DNA of 14,009 nucleotides from a virus (IMGVR_UViG_2660237951_000011:1-14009), one strand, 5' to 3'; positions 6,714-14,009 are shown, counted from the first letter of the stretch. Notes: generated by a model from the sequence alone, not told the origin. Numbers and translations are program-made.

Positions 6714-7085
6714 ATGAGTAATGACCGCATGACCGTAGTGCCCGACTTTTTGGGCGAGCTGGATGCCGGTGTGTTCATGAACAAAATCGCGGCAGCACTT
6801 AACACCACCGCGCTTGGCGTTCTGAACAACGGCAACAAAGGCAAAGTAGTCCTCACCTTTGATTTTGAGCGTATGGGTAATTCCGTTGAAGAGAAGCGCG
6901 TCAAGATCAAGCACAAGCTGAACTACAGCACCCCAACTCCGCGCGGTAAAGCCTCCGAAGAGGACACAACCGAAACCCCTATGTGGGTTAACAAAGGCGG
7001 GAAGCTAACCATCCTCCAGGAGGATCAGGGGCAACTGTTCGGGATCACCGGCGCGGTGGACGGAAAGCTTAAAGCGGCTCAGTGA
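6714..7085 (+). CDS. Hypothetical protein (123 aa), first gene of the accessory operon; YfdP-like by position
   Basis: ATG at 6714 with GAGGG 7 nt upstream. The ORF-track start at 6627 has no RBS. Typical codon usage. YfdP assignment is by gene order only, not sequence recall. Confidence 0.6.
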   Translation: MSNDRMTVVPDFLGELDAGVFMNKIAAALNTTALGVLNNGNKGKVVLTFDFERMGNSVEEKRVKIKHKLNYSTPTPRGKASEEDTTETPMWVNKGGKLTILQEDQGQLFGITGAVDGKLKAAQ

Positions 7086-7141
7086 TCCGCAACAACAAAC
7101 TCACTGATACCACTTTGATCATCAGTTAATAAGGAATTTTT

Positions 7142-7969
7142 ATGTCTCAGTTAGACAGCGGCACCTTCAAGCAGGTCAAAGACCTGGTCCTTTCCGGTTA
7201 TCACCTGAATGATATTCATGGCCTGGCTTGCCCGACCGCATTACTGCCAGAGGGTACTGGCGTTGAAAGCCTTGAGCGCTTTTCTCTGGAACGTTTCCGC
7301 TTTCGTGGCGCAATGACCACAACCAGTATTGACGACTTCGCACGTTATTCTAAAGGTTATGCCAGCGCCAGCGAGCCAGCTCGTTGCTTCATTGACGCTG
7401 ACAACATGACCGCCCGTTCAGTGTTCAACATCGGCACCCTGGATAACCCCGGTCACGCCGATAACGTTGCTTCAATCACTCTGAAGAAAACCGCCCCGTT
7501 TCGCGCGCTACTACAGATCGATGGTCAGCGTCTGAAACAAAAGCAAATCGCTGAATGGCTGGAAGACTGGAGTGATTACCTGCTGGCGTTTGACGCTGAT
7601 GGTAAGACGATGGAGATTTCTCAGGCGGCTCAGGCCGTGCGTCGTATCACTATCCAACAAGCAACCCAGCAGGATCATGAAACTGGTGATTTCGCTGGTA
7701 AAAAATCACTCATGCAAAGCGTCGAAGCAAGCAGCAAAGACGTAATGCCGGTAGCGTTCGAATTCAAATGTGTGCCGTATGAAGGTCTGGGCGAACGCCG
7801 CTTTAGCTTGCGTAACAGCCTGCTGACCAGCGATGAACCCTGCTTTGTTCTGCGCATCGTCCAACTTGAAGCCCAGGAAGAAGCAATCGCCAACGAATTC
7901 CGCGATTTACTGATCAGCAAGTTCGACGGTGAATCAGTGGAAACTTTCATCGGTAACTTTAAAGCCTAA
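7142..7969 (+). CDS. Hypothetical protein (275 aa); YfdQ/DUF2303-like by position
   Basis: AGGA 7 nt upstream of ATG. No recognisable catalytic motif. Lies immediately upstream of the YfdR-like gene, as in the yfdP-yfdQ-yfdR order I recall for the CPS-53/KplE1 prophage of E. coli K-12. Confidence 0.6.
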   Translation: MSQLDSGTFKQVKDLVLSGYHLNDIHGLACPTALLPEGTGVESLERFSLERFRFRGAMTTTSIDDFARYSKGYASASEPARCFIDADNMTARSVFNIGTLDNPGHADNVASITLKKTAPFRALLQIDGQRLKQKQIAEWLEDWSDYLLAFDADGKTMEISQAAQAVRRITIQQATQQDHETGDFAGKKSLMQSVEASSKDVMPVAFEFKCVPYEGLGERRFSLRNSLLTSDEPCFVLRIVQLEAQEEAIANEFRDLLISKFDGESVETFIGNFKA

Positions 7970-7981
7970 TTGCTCTGCATT

Positions 7982-8008
7982 AAATCCCCGGCGCCGCGGG
8001 GATTTATT
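7982..8008 (+). terminator. Hairpin / possible terminator or attenuator after the YfdQ-like gene
   Basis: Inverted repeat AAATCCCCG-gcgccg-CGGGGATTT (9-bp stem), followed by ATT. Located 13 nt after the stop codon. Confidence 0.4.
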
Positions 8009-8097
8009 GAAGCGTAATTCCATTAATTATCGCCATCCGGCGAGGGATTCGTGCAACCAAAATCTGCGCGGTGCAGCGCGCCAATATGGAGAAAACC

Positions 8098-8637
8098 ATG
8101 AGCTACATTCAGACATTATCCGGCAAACACTTTAATTACCTCGATATCCAACAGGACGATATCGTCATCGAGGATATTGCTACTGCGCTGTCTCATATCT
8201 GCCGTTTTGCTGGGCATCTTCCTGAGTTTTACAGCGTCGGCCAGCATAGCGTTTTAACCAGCCATCTCGTTCCGCAGGAGTTTGCCTTAGAAGCACTGCT
8301 TCATGATGCCGCCGAAGCCTACCTGCAAGATATTCCCTCACCGCTTAAGCGCCTGTTACCGGATTACCAGGTGATCGAAGCTCGCGTAGACGCTGCTATT
8401 CGCCAGAAATTTGGCCTACCGACGGAGCAACACCCAACAGTGAAATATGCCGATCTGGTGATGCTCGCCAGCGAACGCCGCGATTTTGAGATTGACGAAG
8501 GTTCCGTGTGGCCATGCCTCGATGGCGTTGTCCCGACGGACCTATTCATCATCAATCCAGTTCGTCCAGGCCAGTCATACGGCATGTTCATAAATCGCTT
8601 TAATGAGTTGATGGAGCAGCGTCAATGCGCCGCATGA
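8098..8637 (+). CDS. yfdR: HD-domain phosphohydrolase, YfdR-like 5'-deoxynucleotidase
   Basis: HD motif visible: H-x(n)-HD in LSHICRFAGH...YSVGQHSVLTS...EALLHDAAEAYLQDIP. Strong end-to-end resemblance to my recollection of E. coli YfdR. Start at 8098 (GGAG 6 nt upstream), not the track start at 8071. Confidence 0.7.
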   Translation: MSYIQTLSGKHFNYLDIQQDDIVIEDIATALSHICRFAGHLPEFYSVGQHSVLTSHLVPQEFALEALLHDAAEAYLQDIPSPLKRLLPDYQVIEARVDAAIRQKFGLPTEQHPTVKYADLVMLASERRDFEIDEGSVWPCLDGVVPTDLFIINPVRPGQSYGMFINRFNELMEQRQCAA

Positions 8638-8801
8638 AGGTAAAAGAACTCGTGGCGGAGGCGTTTGCCTCCGTGGCTGAATTGCCACCAAAGCATGCAT
8701 CGCTTATGCGCGAAGTCGCTACCAGGCTTGAAGCTACGTTCGCAGCATTAACCGAATCATTGGCGCAACTGGAACAGGAACGTAAAGGTAAAACGCAATG
8801 A
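8634..8801 (+). CDS. Hypothetical small protein (55 aa), below ORF-track cutoff
   Basis: ATG overlaps the yfdR-like stop (ATGA at 8634-8637) and its own stop overlaps the next start (ATGA at 8798-8801). Translation MKVKELVAEAFASVAELPPKHASLMREVATRLEATFAALTESLAQLEQERKGKTQ is helical-looking. Confidence 0.45.
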   Translation: MKVKELVAEAFASVAELPPKHASLMREVATRLEATFAALTESLAQLEQERKGKTQ

Positions 8802-9052
8802 CCGTATTTGAATATCTCCAGGGCCACCCGAACGCCACCAGCGGTGAAATCGCAAGGGCGATGGGTAAAAAGACGCCAGCCGTAGCCAGCGCACTATCTC
8901 AGCTTTATGCAACAGGGAGAATTGTTAAGTCTGGCGCACGCGGTGGGATACCGACATACCGCGTCAATGATCTGCCGTTTGGATGCAGCAATAACTTAAC
9001 GCTGATATTTAACCAGCTTCTGCGAAACGTCCGCAAAGGAGCAGCCCAATGA
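8798..9052 (+). CDS. Hypothetical small protein, possible winged-helix DNA-binding fold (84 aa)
   Basis: Translationally coupled on both sides. The stretch SGEIARAMGKKTPAVASALSQLYATGRIV looks HTH-like. Confidence 0.55.
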   Translation: MTVFEYLQGHPNATSGEIARAMGKKTPAVASALSQLYATGRIVKSGARGGIPTYRVNDLPFGCSNNLTLIFNQLLRNVRKGAAQ

Positions 9053-9366
9053 GCAAATTTACGGCATTACCAGTAGAACGCGACCAATACGGCTACTGGA
9101 CTCACCCCGTCTATGAGCAATTTTGCGATGGTCGTGAATTTATCTCACCTGATGAGTTCAACGCCTGGCTGGATAAAAACGGCCTCGAATGGACGGTAGT
9201 TTACCGGGATGAAGAAGACATCGATCCTGAAGTTGATGGTTACGATATTTCAGCCTGGCAGCCAGAATCGCCAGCCGGTGAAGGTTGGTTTGTCGGTTCA
9301 ATTCACAACACCGAAGATGGCGCGGTATGCATCTGGTTACGTAACGTTGAAGGCGGTGCAGCATGA
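9049..9366 (+). CDS. Hypothetical protein (105 aa)
   Basis: ATGA overlaps at both ends. Acidic, Trp-rich. No family recognised. Confidence 0.6.
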   Translation: MSKFTALPVERDQYGYWTHPVYEQFCDGREFISPDEFNAWLDKNGLEWTVVYRDEEDIDPEVDGYDISAWQPESPAGEGWFVGSIHNTEDGAVCIWLRNVEGGAA

Positions 9367-10121
9367 CAGTCCATACACTGAAGCAATGCCGCCCGGACCA
9401 AGAAGAAACCGAGTATTTCTGGAAGTTGTTTCATGCGGCACAACGGAATGACGCTCGCTGGCACGGTAGTGAAATCAGCATTATCGCCGATGAACTATCC
9501 CGGACGGATTTAGATCGTAATCAAAAACTGTTTCTTCTCCGTGCCTGGCAAGTGCTGGTAGACGACAAAGGTGGATTCGGGCGCTTGATGGGTGCCTTTG
9601 ATACTTACGTCTACAACATGCAGGACCCTGATGATGACTGCGTAGCCTGGAAGCCTGAACTGGCTAAGCTGCTACAGGATGGCAATCTGTTTGATGTTGT
9701 GCTGACGGCATATCAGGAGGCCTGCCATGAGGGGATCGTTAATTGGGAGGCAGCGGTATCTCTTTCTGAGGAAAACGTAGAACTGAAGCGCAAACTCTAC
9801 GCAGCAGAGAATCAAATAGCAGAACTGGAGGCGCGGACGTTCAATCCTGCAATTCTAGATGTGATAGCAGAGCGCCAGCGGCAGAAAGCCGTTGAGGGCT
9901 GGACGTCTGAGCATGACGACAAATACGGAAAATCGCAGTTGTTGTGGGCATCCTCATGCTACGTCCTGAACACCATCCAGCCGTTTAACCGCATTCCGAT
10001 GGACTGGCCGTGGGCACCCGAATGGTGGAAGCCGACAGGCCCGCGCCGTGACCTGGTGAAAGCTGGCGCGCTTATTCTGGCTGAAATTGAACGCATAGAC
10101 CGCCAGGAGGCAGCACAATGA
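9363..10121 (+). CDS. Hypothetical protein with central coiled-coil (252 aa); possibly Ea22-related
   Basis: ATGA coupling at both ends. Coiled-coil segment EENVELKRKLYAAENQIAELEAR. Trp-rich C-terminus. Confidence 0.6.
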   Translation: MTVHTLKQCRPDQEETEYFWKLFHAAQRNDARWHGSEISIIADELSRTDLDRNQKLFLLRAWQVLVDDKGGFGRLMGAFDTYVYNMQDPDDDCVAWKPELAKLLQDGNLFDVVLTAYQEACHEGIVNWEAAVSLSEENVELKRKLYAAENQIAELEARTFNPAILDVIAERQRQKAVEGWTSEHDDKYGKSQLLWASSCYVLNTIQPFNRIPMDWPWAPEWWKPTGPRRDLVKAGALILAEIERIDRQEAAQ

Positions 10122-10771
10122 GCAACATCAACAAACAGGCGCTGCGTGAAACGGCGGATGCAGCAAACAAAGCCTCGTGGGGCCGTTGGGAATCATATCA
10201 TCCACACAAAGGCGCGCGGGGCCACGAGGTCAAGGTAGGGGTAAAAGCAATCGCCCAGCACTGCCTCAAGGTTGATGCAGAATTCATCGCCGCATCCAAC
10301 CCCGCCACTGTGCTGGCGCTGCTGGATGAGCTGGAAACTAAAGACAAGCGTAATGCGGAGCTGGAAGACCTTCTTGAAGCTGAAATTAAGTCATGGATGC
10401 AACGGTACGATAGTGCAAATAACCGAAGAGAAGCCGCAGAGAAGCGCAACGCAAAATTACAAAGCGAGAATGCATACATCCGCAACCGGTTCAAAGAACT
10501 GGACCTATTAATCGGGAAAAACATTCTGGTCATGCAGGCTGCGATTATCGAATGGCAGGCAACTGGCGACGCTAAGAGCGGACTGGCATGGATTTATAAC
10601 ACACTGTTTGGCCCAGGCGAATTGCCGGACGAATCTGAGAAAGATGCTCAGGCCTACTTTGACCGCAAATATGCACCGATTGACGAAGAGCTTATGGCGC
10701 TTCACAAGTGGTTTTGGGAACAAAGTGAAGCCGAACGTGCCGCCGCTGGCATTGGCGTGAAGGGGGAGTGA
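10118..10771 (+). CDS. Ead/Ea22-like protein (217 aa)
   Basis: N-terminus MSNINKQALRE... and the ATVLALLDELE segment match my recollection of lambda Ea22 (MSEINSQALRE..., ...VLELLDERE). Central coiled-coil. AGGAGG RBS. Assignment from memory, not a search. Confidence 0.6.
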   Translation: MSNINKQALRETADAANKASWGRWESYHPHKGARGHEVKVGVKAIAQHCLKVDAEFIAASNPATVLALLDELETKDKRNAELEDLLEAEIKSWMQRYDSANNRREAAEKRNAKLQSENAYIRNRFKELDLLIGKNILVMQAAIIEWQATGDAKSGLAWIYNTLFGPGELPDESEKDAQAYFDRKYAPIDEELMALHKWFWEQSEAERAAAGIGVKGE

Positions 10772-10772
10772 G

Positions 10773-11045
10773 ATGAAAAAATACCTCAGTAATTTAGCGA
10801 GCATGTTGCAGGGTATTGCAGGTGTAATTTCAGACGGCGAACGAGTGCAAACTGAGTGTCCTCCGCATTTAAAATCTGCGCTACTTGAGGCGTCTCATGC
10901 GCTGGATGGTCAATCAGTCAGGGTTAATTACCCACCAAATGGGAAACCGGAAATCGTAAATGCTCGCGGCAAGCATCGGCAGTTAACTTTCCGGGAACGG
11001 ATTGCTATTCGCCTTCTCGGCGGCAGAACGGAGATTAGGCCATGA
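10773..11045 (+). CDS. Hypothetical protein (90 aa)
   Basis: GGGGGAG RBS 4 nt upstream. Stop overlaps the next start (ATGA at 11042-11045). Confidence 0.55.
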   Translation: MKKYLSNLASMLQGIAGVISDGERVQTECPPHLKSALLEASHALDGQSVRVNYPPNGKPEIVNARGKHRQLTFRERIAIRLLGGRTEIRP

Positions 11046-11578
11046 CAACTAACCACCCGGCGCACGGTCCTGTATCAATAGATCGCCTGCACCAGATACG
11101 CGAAGTACTCAGCAAAGCAGCAGCACAAAGCGACGGCGGTAATCTCGGCTACGCAATGGCTGATGCTGTCAAGGTGATTGATAAGGCTATTGCTGCGTTT
11201 AATGCGGAGCTTTATGTTCCTACCGTTCAGTGCTGGTCATGCAGAGAGGTTATTGAAGTTTCCGCAGTAGGTGACTGTGATGGTTATTGCCCGAAATGCG
11301 ACTCGCCAATTGATCTCGATGAAGAGCCATACGATGCCGCCATACTTCAGGCTGGCAACTCTCCGGTGATTCCGGATGGTTGGAAACTGGTACCGATTGT
11401 GCCGACGGAGAAGATGGTTATCGAAGGCTTCGAGTCGGAGCCAGACGAATTCTTCAGTAAATCTGAAGTGTGGGAGGCGTATCAGAAAATGAGTGGCTGC
11501 GAACAAGCGGCGCATCGGGCCAAGTTATGCTGGGCAGCGATGATCTCAGCAGCACCACAACAGGAGGTGAAGCTGTGA
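11042..11578 (+). CDS. Hypothetical zinc-ribbon protein (178 aa)
   Basis: Two CxxC pairs, CWSCREV...CPKCDSP, spaced like a zinc ribbon. Translationally coupled on both sides. Confidence 0.6.
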   Translation: MTTNHPAHGPVSIDRLHQIREVLSKAAAQSDGGNLGYAMADAVKVIDKAIAAFNAELYVPTVQCWSCREVIEVSAVGDCDGYCPKCDSPIDLDEEPYDAAILQAGNSPVIPDGWKLVPIVPTEKMVIEGFESEPDEFFSKSEVWEAYQKMSGCEQAAHRAKLCWAAMISAAPQQEVKL

Positions 11579-11814
11579 CTAAATCAGAATTCCTCCAGAA
11601 GGTAGCGGTGCTGGCCGGTGAATGCCATAAGTTGGCCTGTGAGCTGGACATAGGCGATGAACGAATAGAGATGTTCGAGATTTATGAAGTGCTTCGCCGA
11701 ATCCAGCGGAGTGGTGCAGCCGGTGAAATGCTGGCTGCAACAAACCCTTTACTATCCCCTGGAATACCTGAGGACACTGAATGGGTAAATTTCCATAAAG
11801 AGGATCATGCCTGA
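11575..11814 (+). CDS. Hypothetical protein (79 aa), GTG start
   Basis: GTG at 11575 overlaps the upstream stop (GTGA) and is preceded by AGGAGG at 7-nt spacing. The ORF-track start at 11470 lies inside the upstream gene and has no RBS. Confidence 0.5.
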   Translation: MTKSEFLQKVAVLAGECHKLACELDIGDERIEMFEIYEVLRRIQRSGAAGEMLAATNPLLSPGIPEDTEWVNFHKEDHA

Positions 11815-11990
11815 TGCCTAAGACAATCATCATAACCTTAGAAATTGATGTTCCGGAACACGCTACCGATAGCGACATATCAGATTGGGTAGACGTCGAG
11901 TACGGGCAGTGTGGTGGACAAAAATTAGATAACCCCTGCCGTGGCGATGCCACCGAAGTAATAAACCATTCATGGAAATTTGAGAGCTAA
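11814..11990 (+). CDS. Hypothetical small protein (58 aa), below ORF-track cutoff
   Basis: ATG overlaps the upstream stop (TGATG). Translation MPKTIIITLEIDVPEHATDSDISDWVDVEYGQCGGQKLDNPCRGDATEVINHSWKFES. Fills an otherwise unexplained 180-bp gap in a tightly packed operon. Confidence 0.45.
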   Translation: MPKTIIITLEIDVPEHATDSDISDWVDVEYGQCGGQKLDNPCRGDATEVINHSWKFES

Positions 11991-11992
11991 AG

Positions 11993-12565
11993 ATGAACGA
12001 CTTAATGATTGACCTCGAATCAATGGGGAAAAAGCCAAACGCGCCGATCGTCTCAGTTGGTGCTGTCTTTTTTAACCCTCAAACAGGTGAACTTGGCCAA
12101 GAATTCTATACAGCCGTCTCGCTTGAAAGCTCAATGGATCAAGGCGCGGTACCGGATGGAGATACGATTCTTTGGTGGCTAAAACAAAGCCCTGAAGCGC
12201 GCTCAGCTATCTGCGTTGATGATGCGATGCCTATCACTGATGCACTGTCGGAACTTAGCCATTTCATTCACCGGCATGCATATAATCTCAAATACATGAA
12301 GGTCTGGGGTAACGGGGCCACCTTTGACAATGTGATTTTGCGCGGAGCTTACGAACGCGCCGGACGCATTTGCCCGTGGGAATTTTGGAACGATCATGAT
12401 GTACGAACGATTGTTACCCTCGGTCGCAGTGTTGGTTTCGATCCGAAGCGTGACATGCCTTTCATTGGCGATGTTCACAACGCCCTGGCTGATGCGCGCC
12501 ATCAGGCAAAATATGTGTCAGCAATTTGGCAGAAAATTATCCCTGCCACCAGCACCAACGAGTAA
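11993..12565 (+). CDS. DnaQ-like (DEDDh) 3'-5' exonuclease
   Basis: N-terminal MIDLESMG (Asp-x-Glu) and C-terminal HNALADARH (His/Asp) match the acidic-residue pattern of DEDDh exonucleases. Lies directly before xis-int. Confidence 0.7.
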   Translation: MNDLMIDLESMGKKPNAPIVSVGAVFFNPQTGELGQEFYTAVSLESSMDQGAVPDGDTILWWLKQSPEARSAICVDDAMPITDALSELSHFIHRHAYNLKYMKVWGNGATFDNVILRGAYERAGRICPWEFWNDHDVRTIVTLGRSVGFDPKRDMPFIGDVHNALADARHQAKYVSAIWQKIIPATSTNE

Positions 12566-12609
12566 ACCACACAGCCCGGGTGCAGCCGGGCTTTATGGAG
12601 AAGGAAACC

Positions 12610-12819
12610 ATGGCAAAGCTAATGAAAGCGAGTCTCTGGAGTAAACGCGAATTTACCAAAGACTCCATTCCTGACAACCGTACAATAAAACGTTGGGTCG
12701 AAAACGGATTACTCATGGGAAGGATTGTAGATGGTTCAGTTTTTGTCTATGAAACCGAAAAGTGGGGAGTTGACTCAATTGTTAATCAGGCGGTACGTCA
12801 GTTAATAATTGAGGGTTGA
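12610..12819 (+). CDS. xis: Excisionase-like recombination directionality factor (69 aa)
   Basis: Start moved to ATG at 12610 (GGAGAAGGAAA RBS). Pattern W-x(n)-P-x(n)-RWVENGLL...G...V.E parallels lambda Xis. Stop lies 2 nt before the integrase ATG. Confidence 0.6.
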   Translation: MAKLMKASLWSKREFTKDSIPDNRTIKRWVENGLLMGRIVDGSVFVYETEKWGVDSIVNQAVRQLIIEG

Positions 12820-12821
12820 CC

Positions 12822-14009
12822 ATGGCAGCAAGGCCACGAAAAAAAGAATACCGCCACCTTCCTGATTATCTTTTTTTTGATAAAGATCGTGGCGTGTATA
12901 AGTTCACGCTTATAACTGGGAAAAAGAAAACTCTAGGTTCGGATCGAGTAATGGCTATCGCCATCGCCCGAGAATATAACCTGAGGATGCGCCCTGAAAA
13001 TACACCATCGATAGATTCATTAATTCGGGAATCGGGAGGGCTGAATGGTGAAGCCCACCCGTTTTCTGAACATGTTGATCGCATTATGGAGAGAGCTATC
13101 AAAGATGAGCAACCGTCTAAAAGCACACTTGACGATTGGAATAATGATGCCATCAGGGTTAAAGAATTTTTTAATAACATACCCGCATGCGACATTGAGC
13201 TTGAGCACGTAAATGCCTACATACGAAATTACCATTCTGAATCGTCGGCCAATGTTCAGAACCGAAAAGTTAGCTTCCTGAAAAAGCTATTCTCTTATGC
13301 TGTTGATGAATCGCTAATGATGGATAACCCTGCAACACGGAAAAAAATGCGGCGTGTCGATAAAAAGGTCCGCCGGCGACTTACTTTGGAGCAGTTCCTG
13401 GCCATACATGCAGCTGCTGAACCCTGGCTGAAGACAGCAATGGACCTTGCATTACAAACTACTCAAGCACGCCTGGAAGTATCCCGGATCCGGTACTCGA
13501 TCAAGGAACCTCAAGAAGGAGTTTGCGGCTGTGTATGGTTCGATCAGGAAGAGGCTGGCATATTCGGAACGCTTTACATTCATCGGCAAAAAGTGCAACA
13601 CAAAGAGGCCTCTCACGTTGCAATTCCGATCGGCAGGGCCCTGAAAGAGATCATCGACAATAGCAGAGACAATGTGGCCAGTCCTTATGTTGTTCACCGG
13701 CTTTTGGAAAAGAGAAGCAATCCGATAAGCAAGGAAGTTAACCACCCAACACAGGTGGCCCCTGATTATTTGAGCAGAGCATTTTCAGAGCTGCGGGACC
13801 GGATAGGTATAGCGGCAGAATTACCTATCAAAGAAAGGCCAACTTTCCACGAGATTAGAGCGCTGGCGGCTCATATTTTCGAAAGACAAGGTATCGATCC
13901 GCAGGCAAGGATGGCCCATAGTGATGCAAAATCGACAAAAATTTATACCCAGAACCATGTTGAATGGGTAGAAGTTCCTCATGCTGAAATTGTCTTTAAA
14001 GCCGGGTGA
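12822..14009 (+). CDS. int: Lambda-family tyrosine integrase
   Basis: Alignable by eye to lambda Int: N-terminal arm-binding region (RKKEYRHLPDYLFFDKDRGVYKF vs lambda RRDLPPNLYIRNNGYYCY), and catalytic-region R...H-x-x-R...Y (HEIRALAAH, KIYTQNH). ATG at 12822 with GAGGG RBS; the track uses TTG at 12816. Stop is the last codon of the window. Confidence 0.9.
   Translation: MAARPRKKEYRHLPDYLFFDKDRGVYKFTLITGKKKTLGSDRVMAIAIAREYNLRMRPENTPSIDSLIRESGGLNGEAHPFSEHVDRIMERAIKDEQPSKSTLDDWNNDAIRVKEFFNNIPACDIELEHVNAYIRNYHSESSANVQNRKVSFLKKLFSYAVDESLMMDNPATRKKMRRVDKKVRRRLTLEQFLAIHAAAEPWLKTAMDLALQTTQARLEVSRIRYSIKEPQEGVCGCVWFDQEEAGIFGTLYIHRQKVQHKEASHVAIPIGRALKEIIDNSRDNVASPYVVHRLLEKRSNPISKEVNHPTQVAPDYLSRAFSELRDRIGIAAELPIKERPTFHEIRALAAHIFERQGIDPQARMAHSDAKSTKIYTQNHVEWVEVPHAEIVFKAG

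Noticed and set aside
6201-6717. Plus-strand ORFs in the leader (6201-6398 65 aa, 6445-6717 90 aa with an Arg/His-rich N-terminus that could mimic an N-type arginine-rich motif, 6512-6700 62 aa)
   Set aside because: No Shine-Dalgarno sequences, two start with TTG, many rare codons (AGG, AGA, CGA, ATA), and a terminator-like hairpin lies inside the 90-aa frame. More likely non-coding. The 90-aa frame does end in an ATGA overlap with the next gene, so translation is not fully excluded.
7929-8135. 68-aa plus-strand ORF spanning the YfdQ-like to yfdR-like junction
   Set aside because: Overlaps the terminator hairpin and the yfdR-like RBS and start. Arg-rich, with no RBS.
6509-13745. Minus-strand ORFs antisense to the accessory operon and integrase (6509-6916, 6576-6914, 7675-7950, 8364-8591, 10198-10533, 11579-11953, 12203-12502, 12866-13195, 13452-13745 and similar)
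   Set aside because: They run against a tightly coupled plus-strand operon. The 11579-11953 frame in particular is displaced by the coupled 79-aa and 58-aa plus-strand genes.

Overview
This window looks like the early/immunity region of a lambdoid enterobacterial prophage, running from the replication module to xis-int at the right edge. No search could be run, so all family calls rest on motifs read by eye. Minus strand (early-right operon, high to low coordinate): cro-like, CII-like, a possible 59-aa ORF, an O-like replication initiator with internal iteron-like repeats, a Dam-family N6-adenine methyltransferase, a large C5-cytosine methyltransferase, and the start of an Rha-family gene. 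Plus strand: an S24-type CI repressor, then a pL-like promoter, a ~540-bp leader with no convincing ORF, and a long accessory operon (YfdP/YfdQ-like genes, an HD-domain YfdR-like nucleotidase, a chain of small translationally coupled ORFs, Ea22-like proteins, a zinc-ribbon protein, a DEDDh exonuclease), ending in xis and a lambda-type integrase. The attachment site should lie just past 14009. No tRNA, rRNA, CRISPR array or IS element was seen. The candidates I rate highest for something undescribed are: an OOP-like antisense RNA with a strong terminator inside the CII-like gene; the C5 methyltransferase's ~7-fold repeated target-recognition region; the ORF-free leader in a phage with no recognisable N gene; and the coupled small-ORF accessory operon, three of whose ORFs fall under the 60-aa track threshold.
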